Source of the DNA: Phyllosticta citribraziliensis
Lineage: Eukaryota
Assembly: GCF_038025025.1 (NCBI RefSeq)
Contig: NW_027117342.1
Coordinates: 496,001-560,000, forward strand
DNA length: 64,000 nt
Direction of reading: 5' to 3'
In this document: piece after piece, positions 37,520-48,670 of the stretch
Numbering within the stretch: the stretch's first letter is position 1
How the letters are laid out: every line of letters starts with the position of its first letter
Notes under the pieces: generated by a model
Seen by the model: the letters and a program-made list of their open reading frames with translations, nothing else
Database searches by the model: none
Told to the model about the DNA's origin: nothing
Made by a program: the position numbers and the translations under genes

Positions 37520-38035
37520 CTTTCGAGGATGTCGTGAATGCGGTTCAGTCATTCTGCGTCAAGGTATGAGGTTGTCTGGCACCTGGGCATGGGCTCTGGC
37601 TATTCGAGAACTTTCACAATGAACTTGTTCAGAGATGGGGCAGGTCACGGAAAAGCATGGCGAGTGATCAATTGGAGCTACCAAAGATTTGAGTTTTGAG
37701 ACGAGCTACTCGTGGTCCTGCTCTTAACAGAGCTCCTCCTTGACATCCTCCTTGAGTTATTCCTTGCCTTGGAGCTTTTTTTCGAGCTCGTCGATCTCAG
37801 CCAGGAGTTTGGCTTGGATCTTGAGGTAAAATACGATCTGCTGATTGATGAGAGCCTTGCGCTCCTCGAGCGCGGCCTGGAGTCTTTTGATCTGGTACAG
37901 CAAAGCCAGCCTGGTCTTGGTCAGTTTGTGTCTTTTGGTGAAATAAAGAGGGTGAATCACTCACATCGCAGGATTATCATTGAGGTTAGAGGCAAGAAAC
38001 TCCTGCTCCTGGCGTGAGTGCATGTTGCACATGAT
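37520..38035 (-). pseudogene. Decayed coiled-coil reading frame
   Basis: After ORF 37757-37960 (..LLAEIDELEKKLQGKE) the charged frame continues through TAA, TAA and TAG (*LKEDVKEELC*EQDHE*LVSKLK). A short upstream exon ends in GTGAGT. Confidence 0.5.
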
Positions 38036-38538
38036 GGGTAGGTAGAGTAGGTAGTTGTGAGAGTTGGTTCGAGGAGATGCTGTCCCTGCCCAAAATTTCA
38101 GTCAGTCCAGTTATCATGGGCTGCCACAGTGGACGAACGTACGAAGGATGGAAGCGCCGGGGTTGAAGAGGAGAGAGTCATGGCGGCGTCGAACGAGGCT
38201 TTATACGGCGTTGTAGGCGCTGTGGACGTCGGAGGCCACGGTTTATCCGGTGGCCGCATGCGCTTGTTGTTGTCAATGAGGAAGGTACGGCATGCCGCCC
38301 ACGTCCGGGTGAATAAACAGTGACTCTTTGCTCTCCCCTGCGCCTGCGCATTTCAACCTGAACTTCTCCACCATCCACTCAACCAACTTCTCCAGAGTAC
38401 GCATGAATGCTCCATGTACAAAAGTCTATACTGATGACTTTGGAATAGTCTGCTCCAGCAAGTCTCGCCGCCTCTTATATCGCCAAGCTGCTGCCCGGAT
38501 TGCTTCTTCAAACACGTACGACACTTCGATTGTCTGAC

Positions 38539-38991
38539 ATGGAAGTTTCTGCTGATGGGTTTAGAATGTCTTCGTCCGACTTTGCCAATCAGTCTGGTCT
38601 TGGCGCTAGCTCTAGTTTGGGAAACCACGGCCGGCGACTTGTCATCAGCACCACAATCATCACCATCGTCACAACAATGGACTTGGATACGGGTCGCACT
38701 CAGGCGGCGAGTACCACCACCACGACCGAAGAGCGCAAAGTCACCTTTGACGACGGTTCTGGAAGTAGCGACGGCAGAAACAAGGACAACAGCGCCACCA
38801 CGGGCCTCGATGGCCAGGAGCCCCTCGTCGAAGACGGCGGCGCCGACGCCAACAACGACGGCAACGGCAAGGTTGAGACTACCAGTGCGAAAAAGCGCAA
38901 GCGAGACCGCTCTAGGAACAGTGCACGCAAGAAGGCCAAGACGTCGAGGAAAGAGATGCGCGACCTCAAGGGCGCCTGGGACTGGATGTAA
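38539..38991 (+). CDS. Low-complexity acidic/basic ORF with NLS-like KKRKR..RKKAK; possibly an upstream exon of copy D
   Basis: The open frame has coding-like GC3 and a possible GT donor at ~38988. The link to copy D is not resolved. Confidence 0.4.
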   Translation: MEVSADGFRMSSSDFANQSGLGASSSLGNHGRRLVISTTIITIVTTMDLDTGRTQAASTTTTTEERKVTFDDGSGSSDGRNKDNSATTGLDGQEPLVEDGGADANNDGNGKVETTSAKKRKRDRSRNSARKKAKTSRKEMRDLKGAWDWM

Positions 38992-39534
38992 TTCCTGACA
39001 TCTGGCCGTTTCTTCCTTTTTCTCCGCGGCAAATTGTGCAAATACAAATCTGTTCTTCCGCTGAGCTCCTATCACTCAATCTGCCCACTTGTTTAATGGT
39101 TTCGAGGTTGTTGATGACAAGCACTCGTCGATTCGAAATTCGTGACTCCGGCGGGAAATGAGCACTTTTCTTTGAGGTTTTCCACTGCCTCTGACTGCAT
39201 CTGCTATACAGCTTGATACCCCCAAGGTGTCTTGCTGTGTGCATGTCTTCTTTAATTTGCTGATAGTGCATTTTTTCACAAAGCTGAATGCTCTCACGTT
39301 CTCTAGTCCCAACCCGTTCTCTCCGGGTTCCCAGTATTTTCCAAATAGGTGAATGCTCCCAATCCGACGCCGCCACTCTCGCGCCAATGTTGTTGTTCTC
39401 GCCGCCGGCAACGCCGCTGCAGCCTATGGATCGAACTTTCTCTCCTGCTCTAGACGCGACACCATCCTTCGGCTCAATCCTCATTTGCCTCTGGGTCTTT
39501 CTACAACCGGTGGTTCGCCAAACTCCATCCGACC

Positions 39535-40517
39535 ATGGAGCACGCCATGGGGGAGCAAAAGTGGAAGGTCTTTGTCTGGAGCATTCGATTGTCTTCCATC
39601 GCCCGCGTTATCGACCCCGAAGCCGAAAGTCAGCTAGACTTCAACCTGCGGGTCCGCAATGGTGGACTCCTAAGTTGTGAGCGAGCATCTTGAAGCGCTT
39701 TGTCTTCGTAGCTAACAAGACAGTCCCCAAAATTGAAACAACGACGGAAATCCAAGCCGAACTTGAGGCAGCTCTCCAGCTTCTTTACGTCGTCGCCCCT
39801 AACGTGGCTGTGTGGTTCCGCGGTGCTGATTTCAACAATCCCTGGAAGCTCGATGCGGACCACCCGGCCGACAAACTGCTCGCCGATGAGCCTCTCATCG
39901 GCAACAACTACATGATGCAGGCATGGAAGGCGGTGACCCACAACTTTCGCTTCGCTGGCAAGTTCGGTGTCCTTGTCAATCACCAGCACACAAACCAAAA
40001 TCCCGCGTCCAGCCTTGTGGCCAACCCGGATACCATCGGTCTTTGGGAGACCTCCGGTACCTCCAGGGCGCTCTTTTGGCAAGAGTTCTTCGACAGCTGC
40101 TTTGGTCCGGTCAACGTCACTCTCCCGTCCAATCCGACGGTCGTCTCAGTCCAGTCCTACGTCACCGGCGGCGAATACCTCCCGCCGTTCCTCACCATCG
40201 ATGCCTTTCGCGGCCGCGTACCCTTGCAGCAGCTGTTCCCGCACGAGATATACCCCATCGTCATGCGCACCATGGACGACAACCAGTTGATCAAGACGTA
40301 CGTCAAGTGGGTCGGCGGCGTGTACACGATGACACTCGACGAGCGCCCGAGGCTCGTCACGATTTTCGACTGGGCCAACGGCAGCGGTGACCTGGGAGCT
40401 AGCATCTCTGGCCACTGGAACATGGCTCTGCCCACCAAGTGGAAGCGCAATGAGTTCGCCCGATTCTGCGCTGCTCACGGAGCGCGTCCGCTGCTTATGG
40501 TGTTCAGGCGCGTCTAG
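39535..40517 (+). CDS. Cluster family copy D (intact; true start may be upstream)
   Basis: An exon ends ..LDFNLRVRNGGLLS, followed by phase-1 intron 39677-39723, then F|PKI..ALQLLYVVAP..WKLDADHPA..WQEFFDSCFGP..LPPFLTI..VKWVGGVY..IFDWAN..LMVFRRV*. GC3 is strong. Confidence 0.85.
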
Positions 40518-41080
40518 CGCGGGAGTTGACACTTGGTTGGATGGACTTGGTAGAGCACAGCAGAAGTGATGAGATATCGGGAGCATTCAATACAACATGC
40601 ACACTTGGAAGTCGCGTTGAGGCACAGAAAGCATCCATCGCGGATGCCTAGAGCTTTTGACAAGGCATTGAGAGCGTTCATCATGGCATGGAATCATTTG
40701 ACTTGGATTGAATACCCAACTCCATGAGGTAGACCTGCTGTTACAGTAGCAATCACCTCATAACCATCCTTTGCACAGAAAACCGCGTCCGCCTTTTGGC
40801 GAACCGAAGGTTTTTTTTAACACCTGCAAGTCCGAACGTTTTTCTTGCATTCCCTCAAAGCCCTGCTCCGTTGTCTTCTTCCTCGACTAACCAGCAACTT
40901 TGTAGCCTGCATGATTCATACCAACGAGTGACCAAAGCCGGCATGTTCGACTTCCTCAAGTCCCATCACTACGCCGCGGGTATTTGACCCGTTGTACTCC
41001 AATTCTGCTTTGTCTGAAAGAAGTCGATTCTGTGTGCGAATATCGTGGGGGATGCTCGAAGGTCAGAGATTTTCGAGGCC

Positions 41081-42141
41081 TCAGCCGTGCGCAGAGTGGT
41101 TCAGGCCTTCTGTTGGGCCTGTCTCAACGCGCCTGAAAATCATCAGGTCGGCCGCGATCGCAACACTGCGGATCAGACTGTAGAACAACGGCCTGCTGTA
41201 TCTCTGAGGAGGATGATTGGCCCAGTCTGCGTTGAAGCTCTTGCCCACACTTCGGTCACTGTCGCCCCAATCGAAGATCACACGAGGAGATCCTCCGCCG
41301 ATTCGATAGATGCCGCCAACCCAGCGCATGCGGGTCACCGCCAGAGAGCCGTCTTCGGTGAGGAAACGAACAAGGTAGTCTTTTTCCGGGAAAAGTTGGC
41401 AACGTAACGTTTGACCGACCAAATGGGGCATTCCAATCGTGAAGTATGCCGGGAGCTGGGTGGGCTTGACGAATGGCTGCGAAGCCGTAATGCAGGCGTT
41501 TCCTGTGATGGACTGGAGCTCTGGGGCCATGAGAAGTTCGAAAAATTGGTCCCAGCTAGTCCAGTTTCTGTGGATGCAGGCAGAGCTCCAAAGCTGTGCA
41601 TCTTCGCTGTCGACTGCGATCTTGGACTCGTTGTTTCGGAGGTGGATCATGACACCAAAGTGGGCGCGAAAAAGCTTGCTCGTCGCAACAGCATCCCAGG
41701 GCACAAGCTGTGGAATTGGTGGTTGATGGTTGTCGACGGCGCGCTGAAATCTGACTGCCGGATGGTCCTCATCAAGGTCCCAGGCACTTCCGTACGGCTT
41801 CGCCAACGAGAGGCATTCTTCTGGAGATGCAATATAAAGCAGTTGAAGTGCAGCGGCGAGGTGAGACTTGCAGTTGATAGGAGGGACTATGAAATGTTAG
41901 ATCATGCGCATAACATGACGATCAAGCACTTACACTGCTCAGACTTGAATCCATCTTGACCATTCCTGGCGGCCCAGAGGTCTTGCGCGTACTTTTGAGG
42001 CTCAACAGGCTTTGCGGTGATGATTCCCTGCTGGCGCTCATGCAGAATCATTTCTAGCCATGAGAGCACGTTCTTACAACCAGGGTTGCCATGATCTTTT
42101 TTGTCGCTCATATTGTCGCCGTGAGAGGGTAGATTGGCCAT
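41081..42141 (-). CDS. Cluster family copy E (open; start uncertain; 14-aa C-terminal extension)
   Basis: ..DLWAARNGQDGFKSEQ, phase-1 intron 41933-41887, then F|PPINCKSHLAAALQLLYIASP..WDLDEDHPA..WDQFFE..LPAYFTI..MRWVGGIY..IFDWGD..LMIFRRVETG.. Confidence 0.82.
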
Positions 42142-44989
42142 TCCGAAAAAGACTGTGTGGTGTGTCGGCGGAAAGAAAATGGGTTGTGGTTTAAATACTG
42201 GCGCCGGGATGCACCATAAGGCAATCTATGATCTGGCCGACCTTGCGCCTGCAGCTGCATTAACACTCCAGCATGTTCAACAAGTGTTAATTCAGGCAGC
42301 AGATACTTTCTCTCTTCATGAAATTGACCCAAGCCATTGAAGACACAAAACAGAACTCAAGGGGTAGACCAACAGTCAGCCAGCTAGGTGCGGTCAAGCA
42401 GGCAAGACTATCAACCCGAGTTTCCAACGGCATGTTCACTGCTTGGAAGATTTGTATGTTGTGATTTTGGAGCCCAACACACGCGCGGGTAGAATGTGTA
42501 GAAAGATGTGCGAGCGGGTAGTATAAAAAGCTGTTTGAAGATGTCTTTGCAGCCGGTCCTGCAGGTCATTTATAGGCTCTCCGCCAAATCTCCACTGAAA
42601 AAGGCCAAACTGCGAAACGAAGATCAATTCAACAAAGAAGGGCACTGTTCTGACAAACAAAGGTGCCCGTTGTTTGTGTTGACAAGGACACAACAAACTC
42701 AGCTCCCCTCAAATATTTGCACTGAAAGCTGTGAAACTCGTAAAATCCTCGTTATGTGTTTCTTTCTTACCATTCTCTTCCTCAATCTTCTCTCCAACTT
42801 TTTATCCATCTTGGTGGCCACCTCCGGGTCGACCATCTGCCAAAACGGGCAAGTTCCCTTTCATTTGCTTCCATTTTGCGGCAACCATTTCATCTTCTTC
42901 CTTCATTGCTTAAGCCATCTTGTCATATTGGGTCTCCCCTCCAATGAATTCGCGTAGGCTACAGTTTTCTCAACGAGCGAGCGGGAGGGACGGCGACATC
43001 ATTGTCAGCCTCGTTGGTTGCGGCGTCTTTGACACTGGGCTTGTCGGCGGCGGCCGAGCTTGGCTTCGAAGATATGGCTGGAGATTATTAGTCTAGGACT
43101 CACACAACCAAGCGAAACATGTCGTAGAAGATGATGCTAGAAAATTTGGAAAGATGGCTGGAAGTTTGGTGGAGAGTCGAGGTTAGAGTGGAACGCAAGA
43201 TTGAATGGTGTGAGCTGCAGCTCCGAGGCAATATCCGCGAAACCACAGGTGATTTAGTCGAAGAAGCTCATTGTGATTGGAGTCGATGAGAATAGTGAGT
43301 GGGCTGACTCTGCTGACGCGCTTTGAGAAACCTCGTGGTCTACTTGGGTTCTTCCTCCCCCACATGCCCGAAGCTCCCCTTCTGGACCGCAACGCCCTGG
43401 TAGCAGCTGCTGCTCCCAGTTTCTTCTTTTTTCTGATTCAAGCACACAATTTGGTGGCATCCATCTCGCCAAGTCACTTCCACTGTTACTCGGTCTCGAC
43501 GTATTTCCTCGCAGAGTTTGCGTAACTCCTCGCAGAATTCGCGCGACTCCTCACACATCTCTTGAACCTCTTTGATTGTCTTGTCTTCTACAAATAAGCC
43601 TTGTGAAAACTTCACGAGCCATGCTTCGAACGGAGTGAAGTCGTCCAAGCTACGTGTGTCAGCGGTTGTGGCCAGAGATGGAAGTATCGACGTGCAGCTT
43701 TGGAGTTCTCTGCCGAAATTCCTGGATGCCGGCCTCAATTCCGCTCGGGAGCGACATGCTTCTTCAGATGTCAGCCAACGGCTTGTAGCAAACAGTACAT
43801 CGACTTACTTGGTGGTTGGAGTAGTGCGTGCGCGACGCGGGTGCAAGAAATGTTGGAATACAGACTTGATTTGGAGCCGGCGCTTGTCGAGCTTGCTGAC
43901 TCTCCAGTTTCTGACGTTGCGCCTTCTATACAGACAAAATAATGTAATGGGTGAGTTGGAGGGGACGAAAAGTGTTTGCAGGCGGTTTGGCGTCTTCGCT
44001 GGAAGAATGGCCCTCCAACGCTCCTGCCAGGCAGGCGCTCTGCTCCTCACCGTTGGTGCAGTGCGGGGACTCCCTCTCAGGCTCAACACCAACAACAAAA
44101 CTCACCACGCGTACATTTTTCTTTTCTGATCTTGTCCCCTCGAGGTGCGCATTGGTCAGACTCTGACAGATGACGAGGTCGGCTTTGCTCGTCGTCCCCG
44201 TCGGCGGCGCTTCACCGCTGGCTTTGGCTGCGCGCCTTCTCGACGACTCGGTAAGATGATCATCTTCAACGATGAAGCCGACATGGATGCTGAATTTCCC
44301 TCTCCAAGCTGCTCGACACGGCGAGCCCACCAGACGCTTCCCTTGCCGACGAACGGGCGACAACATCGACCCTTTGTCGCAGCTGCCTCAGTTCTCTTCA
44401 CAGTCACTTGCGCCCAAACGCGGTATCGACAGAGGTAGACCCGGACAATATCCAAATCATCGGTGAAGGGAGGGCGCAAAGTCCCGAGGCTAGCCAGAAA
44501 GGTGAATGCAACTGAAGATGCTTCATTTCCTGCACGAGCTGCAAGCCGTGAGCAAGAAAGCTCTGCCAGCTTCGGACCTTCCTTTTCGGACCATCTGTTT
44601 CCTCTTCCTGTTGTGGCCACGGACAGGCCAAAAACACCGGGAACACACTAGAGTAAGTAGAGGAAGGACGTCGTTGAATTGAGGTCGACAAGAAATCGCA
44701 TGAGCCATGTTCAAGAGCTGAGGACGCAAATGGAAGACTGCGGAACAAGGATTTTTTTTGGCTCCAACCGGCTCAGAGATGAGTCCTTTGGGTTTCTACG
44801 TAAGCCAAACCTTCGACCTCGCCTCGCCGGACTCTCGCTTCAAAGTGACAATCGCTTGCCACGTGCGCCACATTCGACATCTCTGCAGTATTCTGACGAT
44901 TGGAAAGCCACCTGGAATCCGGTCAACCAACAAAAAAGACGCGCCGAACCGTCTTTTCCGGGCACCACTGCTCCTGATAATGCCCTGGC

Positions 44990-46715
44990 TCAAGGTTTCC
45001 ACACCCGACTCAGCACGACGTAGACGACGAAGCTCGTCAGAATACCGTACAAGTAGCCTAAGCTGTAAATGTGCTTTGCGCCGCTCGACATGCTACTGGA
45101 GCTTGTCGCAGCAGCTAAGCCAGGGACGAGCGGCACCCAGCCAATGGTCCAAGCGACCGCAGCGCGCCAGTTTGTTCCCCAGCGATTGTAACGGTAGCGA
45201 CCTTTGGGAAGATAAAGCTCATGCACATCGTAGTGTCGATCATGGATGAGCCAAAAGTCGGCGAGCAGTACGCCTGTGATTGGGGCAAGCCAAATGGTGT
45301 AGCCGTCCATGAAGTTGAGGAGTGCTTCGGCAGAAGACAGGATGTTCCAAGGTGTCAAGGCCCATGCACCGATGAAAGCAATCACATATTGTCCTCGTCG
45401 GAGGTTGATGTACTATCCTCGTCAGCGGTTACCATCTGGGAGGCTCCCACCTTTGACCTACTTTTGGAAACATGGCATTCAAGTCATTCGCCGCGGAGAT
45501 GCAGTTTGCACCAATGTTCTGTCCCGTCAGCGCCGAAGTTCAAAGACGGAGGGTACTTACGGCTCCCATTTGCCCAAGCAACAGCGCAGCAGCCGCAAAG
45601 ACGGCCCCGGCACGAGCCTGAGATGACCCGTTCCAGTTGTTCATGATCTTCAAGGGATCCCACTGCAGTTCGCCGTATAAAACGTTCGCCGAGCCGACGA
45701 TTATCATGCCCATCGCGGCCATGAAGACGAAAATGGCGGGAATGATGAAGAGCTGAACGTAAGTCATCCTCGGGCTCTTTGCATAGCGCGTAAAATCATT
45801 GATGTTGACTGCCAGGGTTCCGTAATTGCCCATCATAGCATTCATTCCGCTCATGAAGGTCCACCCAAGCGCCGCTCCCTTGCTCGTATTACCACGGTTG
45901 AATACTGGATTATCGGTTCCTCCGCCGGTGTTTGTACAGGCCCAAATTACCATGCCGAGGATTGCAGGCAAGACGAGGAGAGACTTTAGCGCAAAGAACC
46001 AGCGCAAATTCCGAGGATGGATCCAATGAAAGGGGAGTATGACGACAAAATAAATAAAGTACGAAATCATCATCTCCGTGGTAATGTTGGCCGATTCGGG
46101 GAGGTGGTTTGGTATGTTGGCGAACCTTGGCCATATTGCCCGGATGATTGTGTCGACGCACTCGGCACCGGTATACGTGTTGATGCCGTACCAAAATGCG
46201 GCGACAATCATGCGCACAATGACCATGGCGAAGGAAAAGTAAAAGCCAAAGGAAGCTCGGCTTTGAATCGTGTACGGGATGTGGAAGCGCGCGCCAATGA
46301 CACCATTGAAAGTGAGGGCGACGGTCATGATTGCGTGGCCGAGCGCAATCGTTAACAGTACCAGCTTCCAGGACAATCCCATGGACCATAGGGAGCTACC
46401 AAGGCGCAAATTGCCCGGGGCCGTGGCATCGTTCGTCCAGTAAAAGACATCTGTCTGTGTTAGACGCGCGACAGCGAAAGGGACAACTTACAATTCCAAG
46501 TGGTCCAATTTCTCTGCTCCGGCGGCGTCGGATCGAGGTCTAAAAGTCAGCAAAGCCTCGAAATTCTGAGCCCACTTACCAGCGTTTGTCCATTTGCCCT
46601 CGCTTCCTGGCTGCGGCTGCAGCTGGATCCTCTTAATCAGTCGCCCCCAAGTCGTCTCCTCGCGCAAGTCCGCAACGCTAACGTTCCCGTGCGGTTTTGC
46701 CTCGATGTCCGCCAT
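44990..46715 (-). CDS. NCS1-family nucleobase/allantoin/uracil permease (Fur4/Dal4-like)
   Basis: WTNA|DLDPTPP..W, GARFHIPYTIQSRASFG, WYGINTYTG, NINDFTRYA, NPRRGQY, PWNIL, LADFWL and GTNWRA motifs. Multi-exon. Confidence 0.93.
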
Positions 46716-46867
46716 TGCATTGCGAAGTCATCGCAGGCAATCGACTCCATTATCTACTTTTTCACTTATCTGCTATCAAAGAAGTGTCGTTGTAGATGGT
46801 CGGCAAGAGTGGGGCGACATATAACCTTGATAAGATCCCGCCCTCGACAATCACACACACTGCAACA
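46716..46867. promoter_or_regulatory. 152-bp bidirectional intergenic region with four HGATAR (AreA/GATA-type) sites
   Basis: TTATCT 46750-55, TTATCT 46766-71, CTATCA 46773-78 and TGATAA 46828-33 lie between the NCS1 and dioxygenase start codons. Confidence 0.55.
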
Positions 46868-48153
46868 ATGGCTCCCTCACCCCTCCGCGTTGTCCCACTA
46901 CCCGACGAGCTCCGCAAGAGCTCGCAGATCGGAGCAGAGGTGGTCCTGCCGTCGGGAATGAGATATCTTTCGCTCGAAAACTTGACAGAGCAAGAAAAGA
47001 CGACGCTGCGGGATGGTTTGTACCAGCATGGCGTCTTGGTCGTTCGCGACCAGCTGGGAATTCATCCGGGGGTAATGCCGCAGCTTGGAAAGTTCTTCGA
47101 CGAGACTGCGGGGGAAACTCACTCGGCCGGGCGCAAAATGGTAACGGACAAGAGGAATATTCTGTCTGAAAACCGAGGCGCCAGAAACCCGCGAGCCACG
47201 CAAGTTGGCATCATCGGCAAAGGACGTTTCGAAAATGTCGAAGGATGTCTCAATCTGGACCTCAAGCACGTGGTAAGTCGGCCAATTCTTGGAAGCGCGC
47301 CTGACGTATCTAGGATCACACCGAGTTCCACGAAAACCCTCTCTCCGCAGAAGAGATTGCACTCGGCTTCACACGTCCATACCGCTGGCACATGGACATG
47401 CCGTTGAATGGAAACTTGCCGGGATTCGTGACCACAATTCACTGCGTGCAAGCACCTGATCTGCCGGACCAAAAGATCAAGTTTCCGGACCAAGACTTGC
47501 CCATTCCGGCTGCATCGACTGCATGCAAGTATTCCATCGATGTTCAGATGAACTTAACTGACTTGATAGTCCTCTCCGGGGCGCGTGCCTTTGAGCTTCT
47601 GACGCCGGAGGAAAAGGAGTTTGCCCTCAACACGACCGTTCTTTATGCTCCTCGAGCATATGAGTGGATGCGTGAATGCAAAGCCACCGAAGACGGCATG
47701 ACTATTGCTAAGGTGGGAAAAGAAAGGCCTTTGGGAGAGTTCCACGACAACCTCACCTATCCAGTACGTGTTCCCATTCCTTCAAATTCCAGGCTGACCT
47801 CTCAGATGGTGTGGAAAAATCACGGCACCGGCAAACCGCACTTACAAATCTTGGGATGCTGCGTTTACTCTTTGCGGACGACAGACCCCAAGACCGGACA
47901 AGTGACGGAGATGACGGACCTGGTAAGCGTGAGAAAGACGTGCCGCCGTCTCTTGAGCCACGTCTACGCCCCTGAGAATATCTATCCTCACCGCTGGGCC
48001 GAGGGCGACTTTGTCATTTTTCACAACCGCGGATGCCTTCACTCCATCACCGGAACTCTGATGGGGCCGACTGATGGAGACGATAAAGAGAAGCGACTCT
48101 TGTGGCAGTGCAACATGATGAGTGGCACTCCTCCTGAGCCGTTCAAAGCGTAA
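46868..48153 (+). CDS. Fe(II)/alpha-ketoglutarate dioxygenase, TauD/TfdA family, XanA (xanthine dioxygenase)-like
   Basis: DHTEFH..FTRPYRWHMD (HxD), LSGARAF, YAPRAYEW, P|MVWKN..TGKPHLQI, HRWAEGDFVIFHNRGCLHSITG and RLLWQCN motifs. Three introns. Confidence 0.88.
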
Positions 48154-48670
48154 ATTCGCACGTTCTTAAATTGATGTGGACAGCTCGTACCAGGACAGCA
48201 ACGAATGGATTATCCAGATCTTGATACAGCAATTATCTATGATCGACAAGAATGTTCTTCAGATACATTGATGATCGCCAGATTTTGCGCTTCAAACGAC
48301 ACTCTGTGACACGCTTTTACTTGCCAACTTCGTTTGCACAGATGTTTCGTGTGAGTAGTCATCACCCGCTGTGGTACAAGCGACGTGTGAGGAGACTGGC
48401 AGCCAAGTTCGAATCTCAAAAACGCTTCACGCGTTTCAGGTGTTCCAGGCGCCAAACAGACAGAGAGCTTTGAATGCTGGGAGCATCGCGAGGGGCTATT
48501 GGCCACGGCGTGCGTCTGCTGCGCGCGTCTACGAACAAACATCCGCTTGTCTATCCAATCACGACCAGAGCCACCCATCCATGCCACCTCCTTGCATTTG
48601 GACGGCGCTTATAAGCAGCCGCTGCTTCTTCAGATTCCATTAACCAACTTAACACGCTCAACTCTACAAC

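Noticed and set aside
43183..44466. Possible minus-strand gene (ORFs 43340-43738 and 43926-44366, with a GTAAGT donor near 43808)
   Set aside because: Partly protein-like, but I could not assemble a consistent stop-free model; it is not a sixth family copy because the motifs are absent.
27900..44500. Starship or other transposable element as carrier of the island
   Set aside because: I recognised no DUF3435 tyrosine recombinase, transposase, reverse transcriptase, terminal repeat or target-site duplication in the window.
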